Shown in pieces: positions 1 through 8,429 of a stretch of DNA of 60,408 nt. The translations under genes were made by a program, and so were the position numbers. The notes under the pieces were generated by a model. That model did no database searches. It was not told where the DNA came from and was given only the letters and a program-made list of their open reading frames with translations. Location of the stretch: the IMG/VR virus record IMGVR_UViG_3300045988_104258. The stretch is one strand, 5' to 3'. Numbering within the stretch: position 1 is the stretch's first letter; each line of letters opens with the position of its first letter. The stretch is from a virus.

Positions 1-64
1 ATTGAGGGTATCCACATCTCCCCTGTCCCACGCAACCTCGATGGCGTGGCGGATGGCCCGCTCC
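1..64. repeat. Terminal direct repeat, left copy (identical to 60345..60408)
   Basis: 64/64 nt identity between window start and window end, read directly. Confidence 0.95.
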
Positions 65-183
65 ACGCGGCTGGCGGTGGTACCGTTTTTCTTGGCGATC
101 TCCGGGTACAGGCGCTTGGTCACGGCGTTGATGTACTCCGGCTCGTTCATGGTGAGCAGGATGGCATCCCGCAGGAACTGATA
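1..183 (-). CDS. 5'-truncated Spo0A C-terminal (DNA-binding) domain segment; frame continues through the terminal repeat into 60234..60408
   Basis: Minus-strand translation [60 protein letters not shown] contains the Spo0A recognition helix. Similarity stops near 183, there is an in-frame stop at 205-207, and the first ATG is at 150 without a Shine-Dalgarno (SD) sequence. Confidence 0.6.
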
Positions 184-184
184 T

Positions 185-212
185 ATAATAGGTAGGCAAT
201 AAATTCAGTCAA
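185..212 (-). promoter_or_regulatory. Sigma-A-like promoter TTGACT-16-TATTAT reading into the spo0A-like segment
   Basis: rc of 207-212 = TTGACT, rc of 185-190 = TATTAT, 16-nt spacer. Confidence 0.4.
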
Positions 213-300
213 AAATCTCTGTATTTATCGGTGTGCGTGCAAATGATTCATTATGCTGCCAGTATACGACTTCTACACTCAAATTGCAACATTTTCTAGG

Positions 301-368
301 GTAAAAATAAAAGACCCTGTAATTTTCATGGCAGCCCTAGAGGACCAGCATAAATATCACAGGGTCTT
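301..368 (-). terminator. Putative terminator of the late/lysis operon
   Basis: 10-bp inverted repeat AAGACCCTGT (311-320) / ACAGGGTCTT (359-368), followed on the minus strand by TTATTTTTAC; the loop is long (38 nt). Confidence 0.4.
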
Positions 369-511
369 TCTTCATCTTACCGGCCACTCCAATCTAAAAC
401 AGACCTATCGGGTCAGCGATGAGTGCCAGATGAAATTATTTCAGGCAGTCGGAGAAAAACATTCAGTCAGGATATTGTTCGCTCTTTTCTCTTCATCGCC
501 TCAAATATCAA

Positions 512-781
512 TTATTTCCCGTTCAGCTTCCGCTGGCGCTCGTATTCCACATCAGCGGCCAGAGCCTCCTGCGTGAACGAGTTGTTCTTCCACCAGGCCA
601 CGAGAGAAGCCACGGTCGTGATACCGACACTTACCAACTGCTCCAGCTGAGCACTTTCGATGGGAAGAACCGGCTTACCCAGAGCAGAAAGCACCTGGTT
701 GGTCAGGGCCAGCAGCAGAACAGCAGTTCGTGCGATGGTACCAGCCGAGATGCTGCGGTTCGTTACAATATGCGCATTCAT
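512..781 (-). CDS. Holin (phiLC3/LL-H-like)
   Basis: 89 aa, two hydrophobic segments, motif AWWKNNSFTQEA, charged C-terminus, adjacent to the endolysin. Confidence 0.65.
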   Translation of the reverse strand: MNAHIVTNRSISAGTIARTAVLLLALTNQVLSALGKPVLPIESAQLEQLVSVGITTVASLVAWWKNNSFTQEALAADVEYERQRKLNGK

Positions 782-784
782 ATG

Positions 785-1108
785 TTAGTCCTCCTTGATT
801 GGCAGCCCCTTGGCGCGGGTGTACAGTTCTGTACCAGTGCCGTTTCCGCCAAGAGCATGATAACTGTTATAAAGGTATTCCAGATTTTTCAGAGCCGCCG
901 TGTTGATGTACCCCTCTTTGAGAAAGAAGGTAGACATCTGATACAGCCGATCGTGCATGATGGCGAGCAAACCGTCCTTGATGTTCTTGTACTCGGTCAT
1001 CTTTTTGATGAGATAGCCCCAGCCAAAACTAAGTAATCCGATTGCCCATTCCATCCAGTGAGCGCTGATGAAGGAAAGAATACTCTGCATTGGCATCACC
1101 CCCTCCAC
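785..1108 (-). CDS. Membrane protein of the lysis cassette (possible second holin component)
   Basis: N-terminal TM segment, LEYLY..Y.ALGGNGTG motif, sits between endolysin and holin. Confidence 0.4.
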   Translation of the reverse strand: MEGVMPMQSILSFISAHWMEWAIGLLSFGWGYLIKKMTEYKNIKDGLLAIMHDRLYQMSTFFLKEGYINTAALKNLEYLYNSYHALGGNGTGTELYTRAKGLPIKED

Positions 1109-1512
1109 CGGCTCTTTTCTTTGCGTACATCCACGTGCACCCAGCCGTTCGCTCTGCCAAGGCCGGGAGGATAGATGCCCACGCCTCCCCTGCCCGCAAG
1201 CAACTTGTCCGCATAGGCATAGACCTGCTCCACGCTGATACCCTGCACCTGAATATCCGCTGCCTTACCATAGAGATGCTGACTGTACTTGGCGGCATTC
1301 TTCTGTTTAGCGTTCCAGCTTGCCGTGCGGAATGCACTCGTGATGGTCACAGGCTTGCTAAAGTGGGTACGAATTTTCTCCAGAATCTCCACAAGCTCTG
1401 TATCCACGAAAATCGGGTCAGAGCCGTCTCGACAATAAAACTCCCGAACTTTGAAGTGTTCCGAGAGTTTCAGGTTGCCGTTCTTCAGAAGAGAATATGC
1501 TTCGATGCTCAT
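1096..1512 (-). CDS. Endolysin, peptidase M15A (YcbK-like) family
   Basis: ITSAFRT..N......S.HLYGKAADI and WVHVD zinc-peptidase motifs; lysis-module position. Confidence 0.65.
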   Translation of the reverse strand: MSIEAYSLLKNGNLKLSEHFKVREFYCRDGSDPIFVDTELVEILEKIRTHFSKPVTITSAFRTASWNAKQKNAAKYSQHLYGKAADIQVQGISVEQVYAYADKLLAGRGGVGIYPPGLGRANGWVHVDVRKEKSRWRG

Positions 1513-1521
1513 ATGCCCTCC

Positions 1522-1797
1522 TTATTCCTCGGAGGTCACATCTGCTTCCTCACTTGCACCCTTAGCGTTGCTCTCGGTCTCCGCCGTAACAGGAACCTGA
1601 GGAGTCTCAGTAACCGGCGCGGCTGCCACGGCCACTTCTTCCTCTTTCTGTACGGGATAGCTTTCGCCGGTGATCTCCTCGTACTCGTACTCCGTGATCC
1701 AGCCCTGTTTCACGGCATTCACGACCTGCCGCTTCTTCCACATGTGGTACTTGTAGTAGGAACGCACATCGTTGAACTTCTTACTGTGATTTGCCAT
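1522..1797 (-). CDS. XkdX-family small phage protein
   Basis: MWKKRQVVNAVKQGWITEYEYEEITGE motif; SD GGAGGAG upstream of the ATG at 1797. Confidence 0.55.
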   Translation of the reverse strand: MANHSKKFNDVRSYYKYHMWKKRQVVNAVKQGWITEYEYEEITGESYPVQKEEEVAVAAAPVTETPQVPVTAETESNAKGASEEADVTSEE

Positions 1798-1810
1798 TTT
1801 GAACTCCTCC

Positions 1811-2119
1811 TTACAGTTCGGGGTCAACCATCATGCTCAGATAATCCAGCTGTGCCTTCAGAGCCATCTGCTCCAGCTCCTCTGCCGGAATATCCCGCAG
1901 GATGAACCACCACTCTTCGCCCATCTTGCTGATCTGCACCAGTTCCATGTTCTCATGCTTCTCGATGATGTCACCGCCCTCGATGGTCACTTCTGTCAGA
2001 TTGTCCTCGAACATCTCTTTGGTGACTTCGGTGGTACTGATGAAGTTGTTACCGTTCAGCTTCAGGCTGCCGAGGGATGTGCCATCAGCCAACGTAACCT
2101 TCCATGCCCTTTCTTCCAT
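1811..2119 (-). CDS. Hypothetical protein (XkdW-like position)
   Basis: 102-aa ORF between the DGR and the XkdX gene; overlaps the RT 3' end by 58 nt. Confidence 0.35.
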   Translation of the reverse strand: MEERAWKVTLADGTSLGSLKLNGNNFISTTEVTKEMFEDNLTEVTIEGGDIIEKHENMELVQISKMGEEWWFILRDIPAEELEQMALKAQLDYLSMMVDPEL

Positions 2120-3288
2120 GTTACACTCCTTCCGAACAGCTTCACGTACAGGCTGTTCATTTTATAGATTTGGTCGCGGCTCATATACTTGTAGTTCCCG
2201 CTGAGCCAGGAGCGAAAATAACCATCAATTTCTTCCATGGTTACGATTCCTTTGTCCAGCAGGCGCTTATAAGCCTTTAGTTTACGGCGTTCTCTTGTGA
2301 TTGCTTTTGGGTGAATCCGCCGAACAACGATTCCATTTTGAAGCAACGTGTACTTTACCTGAAGGTAACGGTAGTCGCTGGAAAGTTTGCAGATATGTGT
2401 CTTTTTCTCATTGAGAATCAATCCATACTCTGCTGCAATTTTCTTGATGCCTTCCAAAACTCCCAGAAGCACCTCTTTGCTTCGATGGATGATATGCATA
2501 TCGTCTGAATAGCGACCCTGGTGCTTCATGCCGCAGACGATTTTACAATAGTTGTCGATTCGGTAAGGAAATGTGATACCAATGTTTTGCGCCAGCTGGT
2601 TGCCGATATCGGCTCCCTTTGCCAGCATCTTTTCACCGGTCAAAAGCTCTTTCGGCACGCCCATGTTCATAAAAGGGTCAACCTTGCCATTCATCATGGC
2701 TTCAATGTCCTCGTCTGAGAATCGGCTGACATCCATCTCGAACGTCTTGAAAATCTCATCCATCAAGTCCTCGGTGATAAGCCGAAGTTCATCACTTAGA
2801 CCGCTCTTTTCGAGTAGCTCGTGAAGCACCACCTTACACGGTTCATGCTGAATGTTCGCATAATACCCGCTGAAGTCGATAAAAAGCACATACCCTTCAT
2901 TCGTACCTTCTTCGCGGTAGTAGTTACGCAGGTCATTTTCAAAACGCCTTCGATGAAATGCTACGCCTTTCCCCTTCTGAGATGCCGAATTGTCGTACTG
3001 TAGAAACTTTTGTAGATATGGAATCAGCACCTCGTCACAAATTACATGATTCACCGCCTTGTCAGGGGTCACGATGCTGGAAATGAGGCGTTCCTTTCCT
3101 CGCTCACGATATCGGAACTTCATACTCCCTTTCGGATGGTAAGTTCCATTTTGAAGTGCCTTCTGTAATTTTGCTGTGATGAGAAGCTGATTCAACTTAT
3201 AAAGTTTCGAAGCATACTTAAACTGGGAGCCATTCATTGCGCGGTCTCCCGCATCATAGAGAACGTTTGCGTCGTAATAAGGATTCAT
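2062..3288 (-). CDS. DGR reverse transcriptase
   Basis: RT motifs FIDFSGYYANI, IGNQLAQ (DGR-type [I/L]GxxxSQ with Ala in place of Ser) and RYSDDMHII; a TR/VR pair lies immediately upstream. Confidence 0.85.
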   Translation of the reverse strand: MNPYYDANVLYDAGDRAMNGSQFKYASKLYKLNQLLITAKLQKALQNGTYHPKGSMKFRYRERGKERLISSIVTPDKAVNHVICDEVLIPYLQKFLQYDNSASQKGKGVAFHRRRFENDLRNYYREEGTNEGYVLFIDFSGYYANIQHEPCKVVLHELLEKSGLSDELRLITEDLMDEIFKTFEMDVSRFSDEDIEAMMNGKVDPFMNMGVPKELLTGEKMLAKGADIGNQLAQNIGITFPYRIDNYCKIVCGMKHQGRYSDDMHIIHRSKEVLLGVLEGIKKIAAEYGLILNEKKTHICKLSSDYRYLQVKYTLLQNGIVVRRIHPKAITRERRKLKAYKRLLDKGIVTMEEIDGYFRSWLSGNYKYMSRDQIYKMNSLYVKLFGRSVTWKKGHGRLRWLMAHPSAA

Positions 3289-3428
3289 TTTGCCTCATAA
3301 ACTGCGCTGTAAGTTCATCGGTCGTAACCGGAACCGTCACAGTTATCATTCATCGGGTTATCTCCCGAACGGATAGCCTTTCCTTTCCCATTGCCGTGCA
3401 GGGAATCCTGTCCATAATGCACGGATGT

Positions 3429-3519
3429 GAAATCGGGACGAACGCCATTCTCATTCGAAGCGTTGTTGTAGTTCGCATTACCGTTGTTGTTCACATTCGC
3501 GAAGTACGTAGACGAAACT
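3429..3519 (-). repeat. DGR template repeat (TR), 91 nt
   Basis: Aligns to 4158..4251. Coding-strand translation is VSSTYFANVNNNGNANYNNASNENGVRPDF, rich in AAC/AAT codons. Non-coding position between avd and RT. Confidence 0.85.
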
Positions 3520-3542
3520 TTTCAAAGGCTACCCGATTGTTG

Positions 3543-4088
3543 TCATTCGGTCTTTGCGGCTGTCTGAATGTGCGGTAGGAAACGCCCGTTATCAGATTGC
3601 CGCAATTTTTTAATGAGGTTGAAGTCTTTCTCAAGCTTCAATACAATGCGCGTGTATTTGTTTTTGTCAGCAGGCAGAACTTTTGCAATATAGTTCAGTT
3701 CGTCTTGGAGCACATTGCAACATTCCAGCGCTTTGTCCAGTTGCAGTCTGCGCTCCTCAAACTCACTCATATTGACAGGACTGATCGTGTTAGCTGCCCG
3801 AAGGTGTGCCGATATTCCACGAGAAAGCCTCAGAACCTCGTCCCGCTCTTTCTCAATAAACCACATACTAAAGTCCTGATTAGTCTCCCGAAGTTGAGCT
3901 GCAGCTCGTTCCCGCAGCGCATCGTCCTGAATATAATCTGTGACTTTACGGATGTGCTGTTCCAGCCGTTTTTCGCTGTACCCGAAAGTCAGCATCAACT
4001 CCGTTGTAATTTCAGAGCGAATATTCTGGGCCAGTGCCAAAGCATCCAATGAGGTCGCTTTTCTCCTACTTTTAGGAATATTAGACAC
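3543..4088 (-). CDS. avd: Avd-like DGR accessory protein (helical bundle, N-terminally extended)
   Basis: Lies between the target gene and TR as in BPP-1. Helical, basic; RLSRGISAHLRAANTI and a C-terminal helix pattern resemble the four-helix-bundle Avd family. GTG start with SD GAAGGA. Confidence 0.5.
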   Translation of the reverse strand: MSNIPKSRRKATSLDALALAQNIRSEITTELMLTFGYSEKRLEQHIRKVTDYIQDDALRERAAAQLRETNQDFSMWFIEKERDEVLRLSRGISAHLRAANTISPVNMSEFEERRLQLDKALECCNVLQDELNYIAKVLPADKNKYTRIVLKLEKDFNLIKKLRQSDNGRFLPHIQTAAKTE

Positions 4089-4118
4089 GCAAAAATCCTT
4101 CTTTCTACAAAAAATAAC

Positions 4119-4135
4119 GGCAGCACAAGGCCGCC
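4119..4135 (-). terminator. GC hairpin plus U-run 22 nt downstream of VR (terminator and/or DGR target-recognition hairpin)
   Basis: Minus strand GGCGGC-CUUGU-GCUGCC, then GUUAUUUUUUG. Confidence 0.45.
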
Positions 4136-4145
4136 TGATGGTTGA

Positions 4146-5324
4146 TCAGCCGACGACGAAATCGGGACGAACGCCAAGCCCATCCGAAGCGCCGCCGTAG
4201 TAGTTCGCACCACCGCCGTTGCCCACACCCGCGAAGCACGTAGACGAAACTACATCTCGCAGCCAGAACCACTGGCGGTTCGAGATCAGATGCGGTGCAA
4301 GCTGGAACAGAGGCAGCTGGCTCTTCTCCACAGTATAGTTCGTGGGAATCGTGCTGCCGTCGCAGCCAGGGGCAAAGATGTGACTGCCGTAGACCATGTT
4401 CTCGTTCATCAGCTCCACATCACTATCGAACCATGCGCCGCCAGAAGGCTTACCGTTGGTCACAGCATTGGTCAGGTAGACACGATGGGTCAGCACATGG
4501 TCTGCACCAAACACTGCAACCGCCTTCTCCTTGGCCTGTGCCAGACCTTCCAGACGCATCAGGCTGTTGACATAGCCGCCCTCAGTCGTATTGGTTGCGT
4601 TCATCTTGTGGGTATACAGCTGGGTATCCGGCACGATGACTGCATGATGGCTTCCGAAGCTGGTATCGCCGCACTGCAGGTAGTAGTCAAAACCGCCAAT
4701 GCGATAGCTCACGCCGCCATTGGACCAGTAGTCACCCACGTACAGGTCGTCAAAGGTACCCGCCTTGATGGCTGCCAGCTGTGCCTCCGTGGGAGCAGAA
4801 CCCAAATTCTTGCTCCGGAAGATGCCGTTGTGTGCTGCAGCGGCAGCAGTCAGAACAGCGCTCAGACTGGTGGCCGCTTTTTCAGTTGCCGCCTGAGCCT
4901 TCCGTGCTGCATCTGCGCTTGCCTGCGTTGCAGCAATCAGCTGCTCCCATGTAGTGCTGCCCGCATCGGGAAGGTCTGCCATTTCGGTGCCGCTGTTCTC
5001 TCCAACAGTGTAGGGCACATCTGCACTGGTGACGATTACGCCATCGCGAATACCCTGGAAGGTCACCTTGCCCTCGCCAGAAATTGCGGTCACGATAGCC
5101 GGGACGTTTGCCACATTGTTGGCGAACAGGGTTGCCGGAGGCGTGATTTCCTTGTTCGGGGTGTGCCAGTAGGCGCTGATGGTCAGGTTTGCCCACTCAT
5201 CACGGGGCGAGATACGCAGAGCATAAACGCTCTTGTTGCCCTCATAGCCCATGTTCAGGGTGCTGCTGCCATCTGCCAGCTGTGCCTGACCATTCTTAGA
5301 AAGGATCAGATTCAATTCAGTCAT
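4146..5324 (-). CDS. DGR target protein: tail-fibre/receptor-binding protein with a C-terminal CLec-type variable region
   Basis: C-terminus ...WFWLRDVVSSTCFAGVGNGGGANYYGGASDGLGVRPDFVVG carries the VR; the gene follows the Dit/Tal tail-tip genes. Confidence 0.8.
   Translation of the reverse strand: MTELNLILSKNGQAQLADGSSTLNMGYEGNKSVYALRISPRDEWANLTISAYWHTPNKEITPPATLFANNVANVPAIVTAISGEGKVTFQGIRDGVIVTSADVPYTVGENSGTEMADLPDAGSTTWEQLIAATQASADAARKAQAATEKAATSLSAVLTAAAAAHNGIFRSKNLGSAPTEAQLAAIKAGTFDDLYVGDYWSNGGVSYRIGGFDYYLQCGDTSFGSHHAVIVPDTQLYTHKMNATNTTEGGYVNSLMRLEGLAQAKEKAVAVFGADHVLTHRVYLTNAVTNGKPSGGAWFDSDVELMNENMVYGSHIFAPGCDGSTIPTNYTVEKSQLPLFQLAPHLISNRQWFWLRDVVSSTCFAGVGNGGGANYYGGASDGLGVRPDFVVG
4158..4251 (-). 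repeat. DGR variable repeat (VR), 94 nt
   Basis: 17 substitutions relative to TR, all at TR coding-strand adenines, plus one extra TAC codon. Confidence 0.85.
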
Positions 5325-5554
5325 TGATAAGTTACCTCCTCTTCTTCGGTCTTATCTTCGGTTGTGGTCGATTGCGGAGAATAAACAAATTCTCCATTTT
5401 GAATTCTATACTGCAGGATGATGCCCCGGCCATCCGGTATCTCATCCGTGTACAGCAAGCCATCAGGCGGGTGCTCGCGGTCTACAGGGAAAGAATCGTT
5501 CACCTTTCCAATACTGGTAATTGTCCCATCCGCTTTATACGTAGTAACATACAT
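5321..5554 (-). CDS. Hypothetical protein (tail-tip module)
   Basis: 77-aa ORF, 4-nt overlap with the downstream gene. Confidence 0.4.
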   Translation of the reverse strand: MYVTTYKADGTITSIGKVNDSFPVDREHPPDGLLYTDEIPDGRGIILQYRIQNGEFVYSPQSTTTEDKTEEEEVTYQ

Positions 5555-5566
5555 AGCACCACCTCC

Positions 5567-7747
5567 TCAAAGAAATCCGTAAACAACGACTGGCACGCAG
5601 CACTGATTGTGAGCATTGAACTTTGCGCCGTATGTCACATCAGTCCACGGCCATATCCACTTGTCCAGTTTTTTGGTGTCGTAGTAGCCGCCCGGTCCAA
5701 AGGTGATTCCGTTTTTGCTGGCAGTTACCTTACGGGCACGAGGTTTATCCCACGCATAAGAACAACGTGCTTCCTTTCCATTCAGCACTACGATTGTGTA
5801 CTGGATCAGGCCGCCTTCTGTCGAAGCGCTATCAAATGGGCTTGTGTAATATTCCTGACAACCAATTGCAATTGCTACGTAAGATGCCAGACGCCCATCT
5901 GAACAGATAACTGTTCCTCCTGCCATACCGGATGTAGGATCAGCATTTTCCCAAAGAGGAACCAGATTACGGATGCCATTAAAAACCAGCCCCTCATCAG
6001 TCATGGTTACATTACTGCTTCCATTGGGACCGACCTGAACTCCACCTGCGCCATCTTTGATGTAATCTGTTGCTGTTTTTCCGGCTTCAATAGCTTTGGT
6101 GTCGTCGGTGTACTTCGATGCTCTCGCCCAATCACTTGCCACATAACTGCCGCTTTCACGATCGTGCTGACAGCACAAAATATCACCACTACCACCTTGT
6201 ACCCAAAGGTCACCAACCTCATACGGAGGGTACGGCTGGGCGCTGAAGCAACGCACTTTTCCATCCGCAGTAGACTGTGCCCGTGAGGCATCCTGCAAAG
6301 CCTGCTGAACTTGCTTGTCTTCGATAACATCCCAATAGTAACCCCCGCTATTCTCTGTCCAGCGGTATCCAATACCCGTTGACTTGTCATAGTACAGGTC
6401 ACCGATGTGAGCATGCTTTGCTTCAGGCGTTGTCCACTCAACAGCTGGATAGTTTTCTGCTGTAGGAACACCGGGATAAAACCATGAGCAGATACTGCTA
6501 TCTACTTGTGTTTGCAAAGAGTCCATACGGGTCATCGCATCGAGAAGGTCCTGTGTATTCTGATTGCCAATCTCCAGTGCGCTTTCCATTTTATACTGGT
6601 AGGTACGCTTGTAGGATGCAAAGCTACCGGACATGGTTTCAAAATCCAATCCGAACGTATACTCTGTATTTTCAAGATTATCGAGTGTGAATACAATCTT
6701 GGAACAAAGAAAGTCCGAACTAATTTCATGCGGCAGACTTACAACATGAACTTTGTCACCAAAATCAATTTTGTCAGTATTGACATTGATTCGATGCAGG
6801 TCGAATGCGCGAATCGTAATTTTAATCGCCATCTCAACAGCCTTATTCAGCATTCGTTGCCCGTTTGCTTTCAAAGTGTTTCGATTGGTTACATCTTCCC
6901 AGATAACTGATTTTTGGATTTTGCCAAAGAGTGCAATGGCACTATCAGACTGTAAATAGTTTTTTCCGCCATTTACAAGTTTGATATCAACACGGTTTCC
7001 TTTGCTGTCAGCTTTGCCAAGCGGAATGATCTGTGTGTAAACATTGGAAGCATCCACATACTCACTCAAATCCAGAAGATTTTTGCCAAATTCGATAATC
7101 TGGCTAGATGCTTTTCCAATGTCGTCCACAAAATCAATGTAAGATACGCCTTTTTCCCTTCGAATGTACAAATATCTATCGTAATCACTCAGGTCCACCT
7201 CGTCCTTGCCAACTTTACCGGTCGATGCACCAATAAGATTGCCGGAAATAAGATTCCAAACGTTCGTGTAGTCCGTTGTTTTTGGATAGATAAGCACATC
7301 CGTAAAGGCTCCTCGTACATTACCGAGTTTGATCATTCGCTCTTCCGAACATTCAGAAGCATAGTGCTCAATAAGCTTCTTGAAATACTCCCCCATTTTG
7401 ATCCCTTTTTTGGAATAATCATGTGGTTCATATTGAATATCGTTCAGAAAAGCCAGTTCGCCTTCACAAGTAACTGCCTTGGTGTTGTAAAAGTCTTTCG
7501 CGTCGTTTAATACACGACCTTTCCAGAGCACCTCGTCATCTTCTCGAATCGTAATGATCGTCTTCAGTTTTTTCAAGCTGGAGTACATCGGATTGATGGA
7601 TGGCAAATTAAACGTAAAGCTGCCTGCTTTATTCAGTTCAAGCGTTGCCTGAGGTTCTGTAATGGCATATCTCTCATCCAACAGTCGTGGCGAATAGAAC
7701 AGTTTGTCGTCAGCGTATACGCTAAACATACTATAACCATCCTCCAA
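5567..7747 (-). CDS. Tail-associated protein Tal / phage minor structural protein (prophage endopeptidase-tail-like N-terminus)
   Basis: 726 aa; N-terminus FSVYADDKLFYSP..., ...AGSFTFNLP... typical of siphovirus Tal; directly follows Dit. Confidence 0.65.
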   Translation of the reverse strand: MEDGYSMFSVYADDKLFYSPRLLDERYAITEPQATLELNKAGSFTFNLPSINPMYSSLKKLKTIITIREDDEVLWKGRVLNDAKDFYNTKAVTCEGELAFLNDIQYEPHDYSKKGIKMGEYFKKLIEHYASECSEERMIKLGNVRGAFTDVLIYPKTTDYTNVWNLISGNLIGASTGKVGKDEVDLSDYDRYLYIRREKGVSYIDFVDDIGKASSQIIEFGKNLLDLSEYVDASNVYTQIIPLGKADSKGNRVDIKLVNGGKNYLQSDSAIALFGKIQKSVIWEDVTNRNTLKANGQRMLNKAVEMAIKITIRAFDLHRINVNTDKIDFGDKVHVVSLPHEISSDFLCSKIVFTLDNLENTEYTFGLDFETMSGSFASYKRTYQYKMESALEIGNQNTQDLLDAMTRMDSLQTQVDSSICSWFYPGVPTAENYPAVEWTTPEAKHAHIGDLYYDKSTGIGYRWTENSGGYYWDVIEDKQVQQALQDASRAQSTADGKVRCFSAQPYPPYEVGDLWVQGGSGDILCCQHDRESGSYVASDWARASKYTDDTKAIEAGKTATDYIKDGAGGVQVGPNGSSNVTMTDEGLVFNGIRNLVPLWENADPTSGMAGGTVICSDGRLASYVAIAIGCQEYYTSPFDSASTEGGLIQYTIVVLNGKEARCSYAWDKPRARKVTASKNGITFGPGGYYDTKKLDKWIWPWTDVTYGAKFNAHNQCCVPVVVYGFL

Positions 7748-8429
7748 TCGCCTGTAAGCTCACTGTCCCATAGCCTTTCGCAACAATAGACGTCGTTTCC
7801 CCCGGTATCAGCATGATAATGGGATCAACCCATGTGCCTTTTGCAAGCGATGTTGTATACCGTCTGCTAGATGTTGTGAACTCGATGGACATAGTATTCC
7901 CAGAAGACAATTCGATGCCCAATTTCGGACAAATCGGCTCGCCCGTATAATTGCTGACCGAACCAGAGAAAATAGTAGCGCTGCCATTAACGGCAATTTT
8001 CACAACTTTCCCAATGTCTGCAAACTTGTGCTTATACGGGTTGAAGCTGTAGTTTATGGTGAGCATGGTGTGACCGTTGCTTTGTTTGGGATTGTCCACC
8101 CAGCATCGGCCTTCATAAAAATAGGCCGCATCTTCTTCCAAACTAACACGAAGTCGTTTGCCCTGAAGTGCGGCCATCACCTTGCTGTAGATCGTCATAA
8201 AGGGTTCGATGTCATTTTCTACATAAAAATCCCAGCTTCCTTCTCGCATGTTAAATACCGGGTAGCCCGTCAATGCTTGTGCTGCATCAATTACACCACT
8301 GCCACCCGGCAAGTCGATATTATGCGTTTTTTCGGTCGGAGGCACAACGATGGGGCGTTCTGCAGGCGTGAGGTGCCAATCAGACCACGTGTTGTACTGT
8401 CCAAAATTCACAGAAAACTCGCGTTCCAA
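7731..8429 (-). CDS. Distal tail protein (Dit)
   Basis: 232 aa immediately after the tape measure; N-terminus FGQYNTWSDWHL....PIV.PP..K...IDLPG is Sipho_tail-like. Confidence 0.65.
   Translation of the reverse strand: MEREFSVNFGQYNTWSDWHLTPAERPIVVPPTEKTHNIDLPGGSGVIDAAQALTGYPVFNMREGSWDFYVENDIEPFMTIYSKVMAALQGKRLRVSLEEDAAYFYEGRCWVDNPKQSNGHTMLTINYSFNPYKHKFADIGKVVKIAVNGSATIFSGSVSNYTGEPICPKLGIELSSGNTMSIEFTTSSRRYTTSLAKGTWVDPIIMLIPGETTSIVAKGYGTVSLQAIGGWL

Noticed and set aside
253-650. Plus-strand ORFs 253..576 and 423..650 in the gap after the lysis genes
   Set aside because: They have no SD, overlap the holin 3' end and the terminator palindrome, and have an implausible composition. The region is more likely non-coding.
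2062-3288. The RT as a retron or group II intron reverse transcriptase
   Set aside because: An adjacent TR/VR pair with adenine-only mismatches, an avd-like gene and the IGxxx(S/A)Q motif identify a DGR. No msr/msd-like inverted repeats or intron RNA domains were seen.
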